A stretch of DNA of 64,000 nucleotides, from contig NC_068989.1 in the NCBI RefSeq assembly GCF_001194135.2, forward strand, positions 94,440,162-94,504,161. The letters are read 5' to 3'. A program made the position numbers and the translations under genes. Shown piece after piece: positions 25,691 to 38,737 of this stretch (position 1 is its first letter; each line of letters starts with the position of its first letter). The stretch comes from Octopus bimaculoides (Eukaryota). The notes below the pieces were generated by a model. It ran no database searches, was not told the DNA's origin, and saw only the letters and a program-made list of their open reading frames with translations.

Positions 25691-26374
25691 AGATGCAACT
25701 ATAAAAAATATCTGTATAAGTATTGCACTAGGAGGCAGATAACTACATCATTAATCCCAATCTTATCTATCACAGAACTTTTCCACAATTAAACTTACGA
25801 ATGAGGTGATGTATGCTCCCAACCATAACACGTTATCGATATGCTTTGGGATCATGTGTTCAAATCCGTTAAAATGATTATATTTCATCTTTCTACTGTA
25901 AGGTAGTTTTCCTGAATAATTGCTCCTTGGAAAATTTTGCCAATTAAAAGAAAATTAATATAAAGAGGAACTATGAGAAATGAAATAAATATCAATAAAA
26001 TCATTTTCCTGTCGTCTGTTATTCAAGAACTCGCCACTAGTTTGTAATATCTGAATAATTATACCGCTAAAATAGCAAAATATGGGCCACACACAAATAC
26101 AGCAAATTAAAGATGGAAATAATTACTATTTATATAATTAAGAATTACAATAATTAGATAATTAATAATAGTTGCCATAAATGATTACAATAATTGATGC
26201 ATAATTACAAATCATAAATAATGTTATAATACGTAAATAATGTATAATTAATAAACGTAGAAGTCTATTAAGTTTTATTAGTATTTATATATAATGCTCC
26301 CGCATAAGTCCGCTCTTCATGATTAAAAGATATTTTCCAGTGAAGAATTTGGTAAGGACTTCGTTTATTTTTTA

Positions 26375-26741
26375 TCTTTGACTTGTTTCGGTAATTAGAC
26401 AACTGCCATCCTGGGGCACCGCTTTGAAATATTTTAGTCGAACGAATGAATCTCACTACTTAATTATTTTAAAGCCTGGTACTGATTCTGTTGGTCACTT
26501 ATGACGAACAACTAGGTTACGAGGGTGTAAATACACCAACACCGGTTGTCAAGCGATGGTAGGGGGCAACGGCACACACACACACACACACACATACACA
26601 CACACACAGACAAATAGATAGAGAGAGAGAGAGAGAGGGGGGAGACAGGCAGACAGACAGACAGGCAACAGACAGACAGGCAGCAGACAGACAGACAGGC
26701 AACAGACAGACTGGCAGCATACAGACAGTCAGCAGACAGAC

Positions 26742-26776
<35 letters not shown>

Positions 26777-26926
26777 CAGATACGACGGACATTCTTCAGT
26801 TAGTGTCTACCATAAATCACGACTCGGAGTTAAAGTAGACTTTGCAGAAGGTGCCGCACAGTGGGACTGATCGAGGAACCATGTGGAGAGGAATCCCACT
26901 TCTGAACACACAGCTGCGCCTGCGCC
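26375..26926 (-). mobile_element. Family 1 SINE, full length, with compound internal microsatellite
   Basis: Reverse complement of the 25231-25690 architecture (ggcaccgcttt...tagtcgaac...ggttgtcaagcgatgg...cagtgggactga...cacacagctgcgcc). Confidence 0.92.
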
Positions 26927-27133
26927 CTCCCCGACTGTGGAAGAATTCTTTAGATGTGCAACTGTTGGGAGGGATGTTAAGTTGTTCAAATAGAAATATG
27001 TATGTACGTAGGATAATGAAGAATATTTTATAGTGAAACCTAGATCAATCAGAAATTAAGTGTCCGGGCAAAGGAAACTCTACAAAGCCCAAGGACTGTA
27101 ATTATTTTCAATAACCAGCATCCAACAGTCTGA

Positions 27134-27412
27134 TTCCTTAATTACTCGAATTTAGTCTCGATTGCTGTTGCCTTTGATGTGAAACTGCCGTCAGATAATA
27201 ATCGTAAAACGAACGTCTTGGGAAGCGATCTGAGCTCTGTCGACCACACGTCTGTAATAAGGGCAGTAATTAGGGATGTTAAAATACAGGATCCAAGCAG
27301 CAAATACATGTGTAACGCTATACGCATATTCATTGTTGTTACCACTGTCCCAAATAAAAGTCTGCTATTATCACTGATTATATTTATTAACGTAAAATTC
27401 TTCAAAGTTTGA
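27134..27412. other. Stop-poor island with three overlapping open frames; candidate coding exon, strand unresolved
   Basis: Plus frame open for 92 codons; two minus frames open for 87 and ~56 codons; GC-richer than flanks and not repetitive. Confidence 0.3.
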
Positions 27413-28164
27413 GATGTGCATGAATTTAACGTTGTCTCAAGCTATGTATCTTCCTCATTAATTCTCTCGCTCTCTCTCTCTTTCCCTCTCCCCCCCCCAG
27501 TAGCACGCACACATACACACACACACGCGCACACACACATACACACTCCTTAACACATTCACTTTTGCGGACCTGCGTGGATCATTCACAAAGTGGTTGT
27601 AGCTATACAAGTGCATTGTAGTCAGAAGATACAAGATCGAAGGCAATTAGATTCGTTAGATATGTGATCAATTGTCTAACAATAACAAAATGATATTCGA
27701 CCACTGCGTGTGACGTAACAATCCCAAAGTCCTTACATAGGTGTTACTGTTTGCAGCGTGCATCTCCTTCCACATAAATTTAGTTGTGAAAAACTTCTGT
27801 GATGAGGTTGGGATTCATGATGTAGTTATGATATCGTAATGAAGGCGTAATGACCCTCCCAAAACATAACAAAATGTATAGCTATATATCTATCTATCTG
27901 TCTGTCTGTCTGTCTGTCTAGCAATCTATATTTATGTATGTATATTCCGTTTCTACAAGTCTTAACGCCAGTTTATCGAACACATTTGCGGTCTTCTGAA
28001 TTTCACTGGACTCTCTTTCTCTTTCTTTCTGGGCTGTTCATTCAAGAGCCCTTTGAATGAACAGCACATGAAATCTACGTCTCCACACTTTCCATTTGCA
28101 ATAACAAAATATGAACTCCTATCGGAATTTACATACCATGGACAAGAGGCATTTCTATCATTTC

Positions 28165-28440
28165 TACACACCACTTTCCTTGGATAATGGAACTGCAACT
28201 ATAACATACAACATATATTTTAATTTTTACTTTTATTCTTTTATTTCCCTTTATACTTCCTATTTCCATCCTTTTCCAAAATAACTCCTTATATTGAACT
28301 CTACTATTTCCCCCCATTTAACCATCTCACATCGTTTCTGATGAAGAGATATCCCTAATATCCCACAAACAGCTGTAATACTAACTTTCTCTCTATAGAT
28401 ATCCTGAAAATTCCACACACCCTTGGCTTTGTTGTCTCAT
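28165..28440 (+). mobile_element. PLE-like 3'-end repeat (family B), second copy
   Basis: ccactttccttggataatgg...catctcacatcgtttctgatgaag...aacagctgtaatac...cttggctttgttgtctc, colinear with 18660-18900; ends in (TA)n. Confidence 0.6.
28334..28381 (+). ncRNA. Decayed hammerhead-like motif (family B)
   Basis: CTGATGA-A-GAGATAT-CCCTA-ATATCCC-ACAAAC-AGCT-GTA; CUGAUGA intact, but GAAA is mutated to CAAA and stem I has mismatches. Confidence 0.5.
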
Positions 28441-28906
28441 ATATATATATATAAATATATGTATATATATATATATATATATATNNNNNNNNNNNNNNNN
28501 NNNNNNNNNNNNNNNNNNNNNNNNNNNNNNNNNNNNNNNNNNNNNNNNNNNNNNNNNNNNNNNNNNNNNNNNNNNNNNNNNNNNNNNNNNNNNNNNNNNN
28601 NNNNNNNNNNNNNNNNNNNNNNNNNNNNNNNNNNNNNNNNNNNNNNNNNNNNNNNNNNNNNNNNNNNNNNNNNNNNNNNNNNNNNNNNNNNNNNNNNNNN
28701 NNNNNNNNNNNNNNNNNNNNNNNNNNNNNNNNNNNNNNNNNNNNNNNNNNNNNNNNNNNNNNNNNNNNNNNNNNNNNNNNNNNNNNNNNNNNNNNNNNNN
28801 NNNNNNNNNNNNNNNNNNNNNNNNNNNNNNNNNNNNNNNNNNNNNNNNNNNNNNNNNNNNNNNNNNNNNNNNNNNNNNNNNNNNNNNNNNNNNNNNNNNN
28901 NNNNNN

Positions 28907-28938
<32 letters not shown>

Positions 28939-30436
28939 TATACATATATATTTACGCTGGTGTTTGAGCGTAAGCGTACTTTTCATAATTATACATATAT
29001 AAATGCACGTGTCTGCGTATTCATGTATATATAGAGGATCTATTTGAAGTTGCATTAGCAAATTTATTGTTACAATCATCGTGAGAGAGATAGCTAATTA
29101 TTACGTGGAGAAAGACCTACTGGGAGAAATGCTAAAGTGAACGAATATTATCGGTGATCATCCCCTACCTCTATCAGTTAAACATGATAATTTCACTGCT
29201 ACCTATTAATTGCATTTGCTATTTATAATCAGTAAGCACATAACAACAGCAATATACATAAAATTTGATACACTGAATCGCTGTGTTCTATTACAAAGAT
29301 CAATGTGATTAGATCTAAAAGGCCGTATCGATCGACATTACTATTGTTTGATGAGGAGGTGTACTGATCCATCGTTGAATTAATCAAGGCTAGTTGAGAA
29401 GAAATGTATACAGGATCTTTTCCTATAATCTATAAACGTAGCAGAGTGCAATTTCATATACATTATATTACCTTTCGTTCAATATTTGTTTTTGCACGAA
29501 AAGCAAACACTTCCGTTCATGCTTCTTCTGTGGCTGTTGTTGGGTCTGATACGAAAGTTCGTGTTACGTAACATCTATAATGCAGTTAGCAGTAATACCC
29601 TTAATTGAACCTGCAAAATATTTCCTTTATAGTTTCTTTTTCTACAAATATAAATTCGCGGAATCGTAATAGAATTTTAAATATATTAATTATATTGTTT
29701 AAATTGTTACAAATTAAGGTGCTTATCAGCTTTTTGCGAATCATGCGTATATTACAATGTACACGCAACTGAGAGTTTAAGGATATTCATCGTTATCTTT
29801 GCAATGCATTAATGTCTTTGCATGTGTCATATATCGTAAACGGTTTATCAAATTATCTCATGAAGCCTTTAAGTACACGATACTATTCTATTCACATCAA
29901 CCCATTTTCTGTGTACATACGTGTATGAACATGCTATTATGGCTTTACGTATATTGACATTAGTAAATGCTAGCATTTCATCAGTTCGTGTAAACATATA
30001 TTTACACAAAATGTCGCGCAAATAAACATATGCAGTCTATAAAGACATGTACATGCATATTATGAATTCAGATTCTATAGACACACGAGAAGAATACACA
30101 GGTGTATAAAAAAATCAACACAGGATAGGGATGCACAAAGAAATCTATGATGGATAGATGTACATTATACAATATATACACGATGTATATATGAACCCAT
30201 GTACACCCGCGCGCTCACACATGCACATACACATACACATACATTTATAATTGCATTCATGCACATGTTGACAAACACTCGCCTACATATGCTCGCACTC
30301 ACGTACAGAGAGTTATATATCTGTGTGCGCGCGTGCGTAAATATAGCTAATATTTATATAGATGCAAACATATTATATATAAATATACGTATGTGTGCAT
30401 ATAAAAACGTATATACATACATATATACATACATAG

Positions 30437-30488
<52 letters not shown>

Positions 30489-30595
30489 ACACATATTTAT
30501 ACATATATATATATATATACATACACATATTTATATATATATATATTATATATTATATATGCAGTGCCTCTATTTTTCCATATTTCTATAGTGAC

Positions 30596-30775
30596 AGTGC
30601 ATGGGTTAGTAGGTAGAGAATAGAGTTCGCGGTCGTACGGTGGTGAGTTCGATTCCAGGCGACGCATTGTGTCCTTGAGCAAGGCACTTTATTTTACGTT
30701 ACTCCAGTTCACTCTTCTGGCAAAAATGAGAAGTCCTTGTATTGCAATGGATCAGCCTTGTCACGTGATGTGTTT
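30596..30775 (+). mobile_element. CORE-type SINE
   Basis: B box GAGTTCGATTCC, then gcattgtgtccttgagcaaggcactttattttacgttactccagttcac. Confidence 0.85.
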
Positions 30776-30974
30776 GCAGGCATCTTACCCGTACTTTTAA
30801 ACATTTTACATAGAACGAAACATTGGTCTATTTAACATCTGTTAGAAATGCATAAGACTTAACAAAACAACCAAAGAATTGCCGTCGCAGATGAACACCT
30901 TTCATATAGCGTAATGGTAAAGAGCGCGGGCTGCTAATGCGAAGATTGCGAGTTCAATTCCAGGCAGTGCTTTG

Positions 30975-31013
<39 letters not shown>

Positions 31014-31014
31014 A

Positions 31015-31270
31015 GAAACAATTCCTATCATAGTAGGTGCCTTAGGTATAATAAAAAAATATTCAGACAAATACATAACAAAAACACCAGGACTTACAAA
31101 TATATATGACATACAGAAAATTGCACTACTGGGTACTGCACACATTCTACGCAAAACACTTTCAATACAGTAAACATAAGAGCACCACAGCAAACCACAG
31201 CACATACCCAAGGCGCACAGAGCTGCGCTCGGTAGTGAAGTGAAAGCACGTTATAAAAATAAAACTACTG
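31015..31270 (+). mobile_element. 5'-truncated R4/Dong-clade (RLE) non-LTR retrotransposon 3' end
   Basis: 31015-31173 encodes ETIPIIVGALGIIKKYSDKYITKTPGLTNIYDIQKIALLGTAHILRKTLSIQ*, the typical R4/Dong C-terminus (PIIVGALG...QKIALLGTAHILRK); ~95-bp 3' UTR; (AAT)n on both sides. Confidence 0.85.
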
Positions 31271-31346
31271 AATAATAATAATAATAATATCAGTCAAAAA
31301 ATATCTTAGAAATGAGAACCCAGGGTTGGGAGCAAAATTCGACCAG

Positions 31347-31392
31347 GACACCTGATGAAGCCTGAAGAGTAAATCTGCCGAAACGTTGTGGT
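31347..31392 (+). ncRNA. Minimal type I hammerhead-like motif in the SINE body
   Basis: GACAC-CTGATGA-A-GCCTG-AAGAGTAAAT-CTGCC-GAAAC-GTT-GTGGT; canonical core and palindromic AACGTT stem III, with 2 mismatches in stem II and 1 in stem I. Confidence 0.6.
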
Positions 31393-31950
31393 AACAACAA
31401 AGAAGATGAGGACACATATCTGTCCAATCTAAATAATATAAATAATGTACATAATTCCTCATCTCCTAACTATAGAACAGTACTTATATTTCACCCTAGC
31501 TCAATCATATCTCCGATCGCTTGACATGTCTTTCCGTTTCACACATTGAATTGGCACAGAATTTTTATATATATATGTACCACCATGCTAGAAATAGCAG
31601 TCAAGGTTTGACTGGTATTTCTAGCATGGAGGTATCTCTTAGATACCCTAAATTATAATTTTTATAATAATTATTACCTCTGACGTTCTTATTCCCATGC
31701 TGACCGCCTGATAATATCGTTATTTCTAAATAACGATCTTATCCATATCCATATATATATATCCATATATACATATCCATATATATATACCGATGTTCAC
31801 CTCGTTGAAATTTTGAATTTCTGATTTTTTTAAAATTACACTTTTCTTTTTATAAGTTTTGCTGTGGTTTTCAGTTTCTGGAATTGTTCAGTTTGTATAT
31901 ATTGGCAGATGCCTGCCTCCTTCATTTTCTTTTTTATCGTGCATTAAATT

Positions 31951-32300
31951 GTGTTCTTGCAATAAAAGGTATGTGTACATATTTGGGTAGTCAGGAAGAA
32001 AAGAAAGATAAAAATTTCACACTAAATTGTAGATATTGAAGTTTTAGATGTTCATTTGTATATCCGATCAGAGAAGACAGTAGTGTTCTTGCAATAAAAA
32101 GGATGTTTACATTTTCGAATACTCATTGAGAAAGGAAAGTAAAGTAAAAGAGGGCAAAATTTCCATAGGAAATTGTAGATATTAAAGTTTTAAAATTCAT
32201 TAAAGATGATCTTTCGTACGTCCGAACAGAGAAAACTGTAGTGTTCTTAGGATAAAACGGATGTTTACATTTTCGAATACTCAGGGAGAAAGGAAAGGAT
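31951..32300. repeat. Diverged tandem triplication, periods 132 and 158 bp
   Basis: GTGTTCTT(GCA/AGG)ATAAAA at 31951, 32083 and 32241, with shared atg(t/g)ttacat...aaattgtagatatt(g/a)aagtttta...ccga(t/a)cagaga segments. Confidence 0.85.
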
Positions 32301-32810
32301 ATGTATTCACAAAAGTTTTAAATAGTGTTCTTTTTCTTTTGCGTCTGATCGTAAAAACTGTTGCCAGAGAGAGGAATAAAGTTTTTAGGAAAGAAAGAAG
32401 TACAACGCACACTCCTCAGTGAGATATCAAACCACAGAGATTGAACAACTACTTTCCTTGGAACGGAGATACGTGTATCGGAGTGACCAAAATCAAGCAG
32501 AAATTAATTAATTAAGTGAAATCCCCGCAAAAATAAATATATAAATCGTGAAGTGAAAAAGGAGAAAAGGACAAATACCAGATTTCTCTTCCGCTGGCCG
32601 TTTCTAGGACTTCCTTTTGTAACCTCCTGATATTTGTTGTATTTTTTTAACACGGCACGTCCATAATAAATGTTATTTCTACACAAATAGTACAATAACT
32701 GACTTACGAATAACGTATATACATAAAAAAATACTTAGATACTTATTGTAATTTAATACTGCGTGATTTGTATATGCTGGATACATACATATATCATATA
32801 TTCGCATATG

Positions 32811-32848
<38 letters not shown>

Positions 32849-33596
32849 TATATACATATATATATGGTTTCATTACGGCATGCACTGAATCTGTTTTATT
32901 ATGTAACCAGCAAGAAATATGTGATCGAGTACGAAGTAAAATATACGTAAAATATACCAACGTAAATAATAGGCTCTCTTCTAAATATAAGATCATCGTT
33001 TTGATGTAATTTGCTATAGATGAAAGAAATTATTTTGCTTTGTGCTTATGTGTTTCTTCGTGTATTCCTATTGTGTTTCGATTCATATGTAACTAATGTG
33101 AACTATAATGTAGCTTATATCTCATTCAACATTAAAAAGCTAACACAATCTTTAGTAGTGCTACATCACGTATTTAATATCCGAGTTATTTATGAACAAA
33201 GCGAATATTTGTAAAACAAAGAATACCATTTTTCTTTTTTACTTTACGTAGTAATCAATGATAATCATTTGAAACTGCCAGCCTTCAGTAGTTTCTAAGA
33301 TACTTGAGTAAACACACAAGCAATGAATGAAACAAACACACGTGACTTAACAATGGCTTCTAAACTTTTGTGTTGGCTATCTTTGATCATAAAATCATAT
33401 AGAGGTGTCAGATATCGATGAGGCTCAAGTGTGTGGTCTAATGTGATTATATAACTAATATTCCGTTTAGAGGAAATTTTATCTAAAAGATATTGGTCTT
33501 TATAAGAATATTGTCTCCTAATGAAGTGCTGTATAACCGGTCATTTGTTGGATAGTTATAGCAAACAAATTATTAAAGCATTCCATGTATTTAGAT

Positions 33597-33926
33597 CAGA
33601 GGTTCTCAAACTCTTTGGGCCACCGGCTCCCTCATGGCCACATATTACTCTCAGCGCCGCCACCCCAGGTTTTATGTATAAATAAATATTATATATTGTA
33701 CTAATTCATATATACTATGAATCATTTGATATCTAATATATTATATAATTTGTATGCAATACTATAATAATATTATGATAAATTCATAGCATTCCCCAAT
33801 TCATTGCCTTCCTCCCAACGTTTCCTTTTTCTCTACCGCCCCCTTAGGCACCAGCGCCCACCTGGACCGTCTCAAAGCCAACTGGAGATGGGGGGGGGGG
33901 GCTAGCGCCCACTCTGAGAATTTATG
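33597..33926. mobile_element. hAT (Charlie-like) MITE with 8-bp TSD
   Basis: Left end CAGAGGTTCTCAAACT; decayed right end ACTCTGAGAATTTATG; identical ATTTAGAT at 33589-33596 and 33927-33934. Confidence 0.88.
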
Positions 33927-34760
33927 ATTTAGATTAAGAATAATAATACATTACAATTAAGCTCTGACAAGCACTAAAGATGCAAAATGGCATGTGATAT
34001 ATATGTACATATTTAGAATACTCTGTAACCTTCAAACGATTGTTAAAGGAAATAAAATGTCTACTAAATGAATTTTGAGCTGCAGACAAAATGCTTATGT
34101 GTGAAACATCAAATTATTTACGCGATGTCAGTAATGTAAATATTTCACAAGTATCTCATCTATACACCATATAACCTCTTACATAACCTCAGTCGATCTT
34201 TCAGTATGGGACTCTCTAATTTCTTTATAAATTTCATCACCATGGCCGTAGAAATGTTAAAGAAGCGTATGTTAAATTCGACTTCCATTGATGTCATGTG
34301 ACAGACGCTCTCTGTCGTTGATTGGGAATTTGGAGAAGTAAATACAACATCACACAAAATCGCTACAACTGTACATAATTATTTGAGCATGAGTGATTAA
34401 TGTAAACTTGCTGTTGAGTTTTTAAGTATCAAATGTAGTTTCAACAAAAGTTGAGTGCTTCTTTTCAGAATAACTAGAGAAAGAAATATGGTGGAAAAGC
34501 GTAAATATGTTTGTTATGTGGTTGTGCATGTATAACTAAGTGTACCCGCCTATCTATACAGAGAGAGAGAGAAAGAGAAATAGAAGAATCTGTGTGCGTA
34601 TGTGTGTTCGTGAGAGTGTGTGAGAGAGAGAGAGAGAGAGAGAGGGAGGAGAGATTCATGTGTGTGTGTGTGTATGCATGTTTTTATGTATGCCCATGTG
34701 TATGTTTGCGTTTATGTATGAATATGTATATATATCCATCTATATATATATATATATGTG

Positions 34761-34805
<45 letters not shown>

Positions 34806-35237
34806 NNNNNNNNNNNNNNNNNNNNNNNNNNNNNNNNNNNNNNNNNNNNNNNNNNNNNNNNNNNNNNNNNNNNNNNNNNNNNNNNNNNNNNNNNNNNNNN
34901 NNNNNNNNNNNNNNNNNNNNNNNNNNNNNNNNNNNNNNNNNNNNNNNNNNNNNNNNNNNNNNNNNNNNNNNNNNNNNNNNNNNNNNNNNNNNNNNNNNNN
35001 NNNNNNNNNNNNNNNNNNNNNNNNNNNNNNNNNNNNNNNNNNNNNNNNNNNNNNNNNNNNNNNNNNNNNNNNNNNNNNNNNNNNNNNNNNNNNNNNNNNN
35101 NNNNNNNNNNNNNNNNNNNNNNNNNNNNNNNNNNNNNNNNNNNNNNNTGCTATTACAATTTGTTTCACTATATATATATATATATACATATGTATGTGTG
35201 TATGTATGTGTGTATGTATTTTTGTGTGTGCGTCATT

Positions 35238-35460
35238 ATGTCTGTGTTTGTCCCCACCACCACCACAACTGTTTGAGAACTGGTGTTGATGGGTCTAAGA
35301 CCCGTAACTTAGTATTTCGGCATTCTCATCGATAAAATTAGCACCAGGCTGTAAGCGAAATAAGTACTGGGATCGATTCATTTGAATAAACACTGTCTAA
35401 GCCGGAGCCCCAGCTTGGCCGCAGTATAGTAACTTGAACATATAAAAGATAATAGAAAAG
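35238..35460 (+). mobile_element. Family 1 SINE 3' half; the 5' part is likely in or before the gap
   Basis: tgtctgtgtttgtcccc...cgtaacttag...aataagtactgggatcgattc...cagcttggccgcagt. Confidence 0.8.
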
Positions 35461-36626
35461 GTAATATATATGTATATGTACGTGCATGTTAATATATATG
35501 TACGCGAGTGTATTTAGATGCGTATATATATCGACATATATATATACGCATTGGTGTTTGTGTTTATTAGCAACTCTTTCCATGTATACATGTGTATGCG
35601 TGTTTATTTATACGTTTGTGCGTGTATGTGTGTGTGTGTATACCCGTCTTATCCAAAGTACAGGGAACAAGGTTTCGCTTTTCTCACTGTAACCGAAATT
35701 AGTTAATCGAAATGTCACCACATGCGTTTGTCGCATCGACTCCTGTGTAGTTGTGTGTGTGAGTTTAGAAATTTTGATCAACTACTTTCGTTTACAATGA
35801 GAAAAGTGAAAACTTTTATGTTCCCTTCATTATGGATAAGTTGGGTGTACTTATCCACGTCACTGACTTTGCCAGATGATACCCTAATAACAGCAATACG
35901 GAGCCTTTAGCCTACTTACCATAAGCGATATTACAATATGGTAAATGCTTTCGTACAAGCGCCTCGTGTTTTTCAGGGAACCTTTTATGCATATTCACGA
36001 TAGAATATAAATCCTACGAAAACAATATAATTATTGGGTTATTGTCAATTTTCTCAAAGCTAATATTTGATTTGTTTTGCAAACTCTGATGATGTAATCT
36101 GATTGTAAGTTATTTCCTCGCTTGCCGTATTTATTCATTAATGGAACACATTTCATAGTGTCAAATGTAAACCTCTGCTGATATTTGCGCTCTTATATTT
36201 TATGTATATAACTCTGCATTGGATATTGACTGTCGTAATGTATTTCGTAACATGAGCGCATAGAGTTTGAAATATCACTTATAAATTGTGCATTATATAG
36301 GACAGTACACAGCCATACACAAACCCATAAATATATTATGTATTGTGTATGTTTATATATATATATATATATATGATATGTGTGAGCTAATATGTGTGTG
36401 TATGCGCATGTGTGTATGTATGTACGCATGTATGCATGTATGCATTTATGTAAGCATGTATGCATGTATGTATGCATACATGTATGTATTAGACTTGTGT
36501 TTTGCGCTTTAATAATTTTCGGGTGAGGAATATTCTCGCCTGAAGGAAACAGCCACATGATCGGAATGAAGAGAAATTTTCTGTTTCTATAAACCATATG
36601 ATCTCTATATATGGTACCTTCTAGAG

Positions 36627-36677
<51 letters not shown>

Positions 36678-36829
36678 CACACACGTACACACACACACAT
36701 ACCTGTGTGCGCGTGTGTATGTATGTGTGTATGTGATTAAACTCTGTTTAACTGGAACCGTCATTTTGTGGGAGATCATTCAGTGAGAGACAAATATCAA
36801 TTAGTAGACACTGTATTAGAATAAGAGAT

Positions 36830-36925
36830 ACTAATAGTTTCCCTCTCAACCGGCTTCCCTTCCTGAACATCGACAAAAGGAAGGCCACTAAGCTGGCTAA
36901 CCACGTATGGTGTTTGAAGGCGTCT
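36830..36925 (+). mobile_element. Penelope-like GIY-YIG endonuclease C-terminal fragment
   Basis: 36860-36919 reads FLNIDKRKATKLANHVWCLK, resembling the PLE motif SF...KR.ATELS.HVW.LK. Confidence 0.5.
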
Positions 36926-37504
36926 ACTGTCAAAAGGAACGTAGCTCTTTTTTTCTCTCACCATTCTTTTTATTCACCCTTCGTCTTCTCTTTCTACTTT
37001 TTGCATCATCCTTCTTGGTTTTTCTAGTGGTTTCTCATGTAATAACGTCTTGGTTTTCAAATAGCAAAAGCCATGTTCTAAGAGCTTCAAGATTGCTTCA
37101 AGACACAAGTCACATTATTATAAAAGCTGCCTAACCATCTGTCATAATTGTATGAAATTCTTAACACCTCTTATTTTAATACATTGTACATTAAATGATA
37201 TATACATATATGCATAGAGAGAGAGAAAGAGGAGGAGATAATTAAATAGATAAATACACACAGATATATATATAGATATCTGTATGTGTATACATATATA
37301 TGCATGTATATATATATATATATATATNNNNNNNNNNNNNNNNNNNNNNNNNNNNNNNNNNNNNNNNNNNNNNNNNNNNNNNNNNNNNNNNNNNNNNNNN
37401 NNNNNNNNNNNNNNNNNNNNNNNNNNNNNNNNNNNNNNNNNNNNNNNNNNNNNNNNNNNNNNNNNNNNNNNNNNNNNNNNNNNNNNNNNNNNNNNNNNNN
37501 NNNN

Positions 37505-37541
<37 letters not shown>

Positions 37542-38708
37542 AAGAAAGACAGGTGATAGATAATACTTGTGCACTTGATTGCTTGTAAGAGATTCAATTG
37601 TAAACGTTTGCTCATAGGAATTCGTTTTTATATGTCTAAGCATTCACACATCTGTTTTATGTAATTGTCGTAGATCTCAGCCAGATATACATTAACTAGT
37701 CTTTGTTCATTTGAAATATGCGGCTGCAGTTTCAGTGATGCAATATTTTATTGTTATATCGCGAATCATACAGGTCTGCAAATTCTAGATCTCCTCATAG
37801 AAAATGGTGGAATATATTTTATTTCTGTATCTAGAGAAACTGGAAAATAATATACTTTATTGCGAAAGTACTACTGACCGTTAGGCCAATAATGTTTCTC
37901 TCGGTACCATAAGCAAAATATAGTTTAGTACACCTCAAAAGCCTGATGCTAAATCGATAAAATTGAGGCGTCTCTAATTCCATGACTTTGATTTCGCAGT
38001 ATGTTTGTGATGTAATGTTTTCCATTCAACTGCAACAAAATTTAAATTATTTTTATTCAGTAACTCATTCAATTTATATTTAGCGGAGAAATGATTCATT
38101 TATCAATGACAGAAAATTTGCTGCTACGTTTGATTCCACATTTGGAATAGTTTTTCCATACTTCGATGCCGATGAAACCGTTCATAGAGACATCAAAACG
38201 TTCATCGCATTCCTTTCATTTTTGACCCAATAGGAATCGGCGTAAAACAAGTAATTTCCTGACTTTAATTATTATGCCGGTATCAGTGTCACTAATATTG
38301 ATGAATGTTTTAGCAAGTTCTGAGGCGTTTTACAAAGTGTACCTAGTAACTGATGTGTAAAATTCCTCTATCAGACTAATGGAATGTAAACATTGATTTC
38401 ATTTTATTCCACTGAATTTCGTAATTTCACCACTGTTTCTATTTCATTGCGATAAATTTGTAGTATCTTTAATCTTTAAATTTATGAAACTCACTGCATT
38501 TTCTATCAAAACCCATGTGTTTGTTTTATACGTCTAAGAATACATAAACCTTCATCTTTCTTGGCCTTTAAAGTAAATATATGGTATTTGTAAGACTATG
38601 CATTCCTGACATTTGTATCATGAATCAAATAATGTTGATGTCTGCTAAAGGTCTTGGAATTGATAACGTTTATTTCTGAATAAGATATAGTTATATCTAC
38701 TGACACAG

Positions 38709-38737
38709 GTTGTGGAGTCAGCTGTTTATAAGGACAG
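38709..38737 (+). other. Candidate 29-nt micro-exon
   Basis: ctactgacacAG|GTTGTGGAGTCAGCTGTTTATAAGGACAG|GTGAGT; strong donor, moderate acceptor. Confidence 0.25.

Larger units (their letters stand above)
30906..31478 (+). mobile_element. tRNA-headed SINE with internal (AAT)n and a 3' HHR-like motif, split by a Dong insertion
   Basis: A box TAGCGTAATGG (30907-30917) and B box GAGTTCAATTCC (~30950-30961); (AAT)n; body resumes at ~31289 and contains CTGATGA...GAAAC. Joining head and body into one element relies on my recollection of the family. Confidence 0.7.

Noticed and set aside
27680-27732. Claudin signature GLWDCYVTRSGRISFC on the minus strand
   Set aside because: It is preceded directly by a stop, has wrong W-C spacing, and lies upstream of the putative TM1 segment, which is the wrong order.
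30906-30972. Functional tRNA gene (CT-GCT-AA loop)
   Set aside because: The anticodon and acceptor stems do not pair and the sequence continues into a repeat body; it is a SINE head. The same applies to 7916-7985 and other heads.
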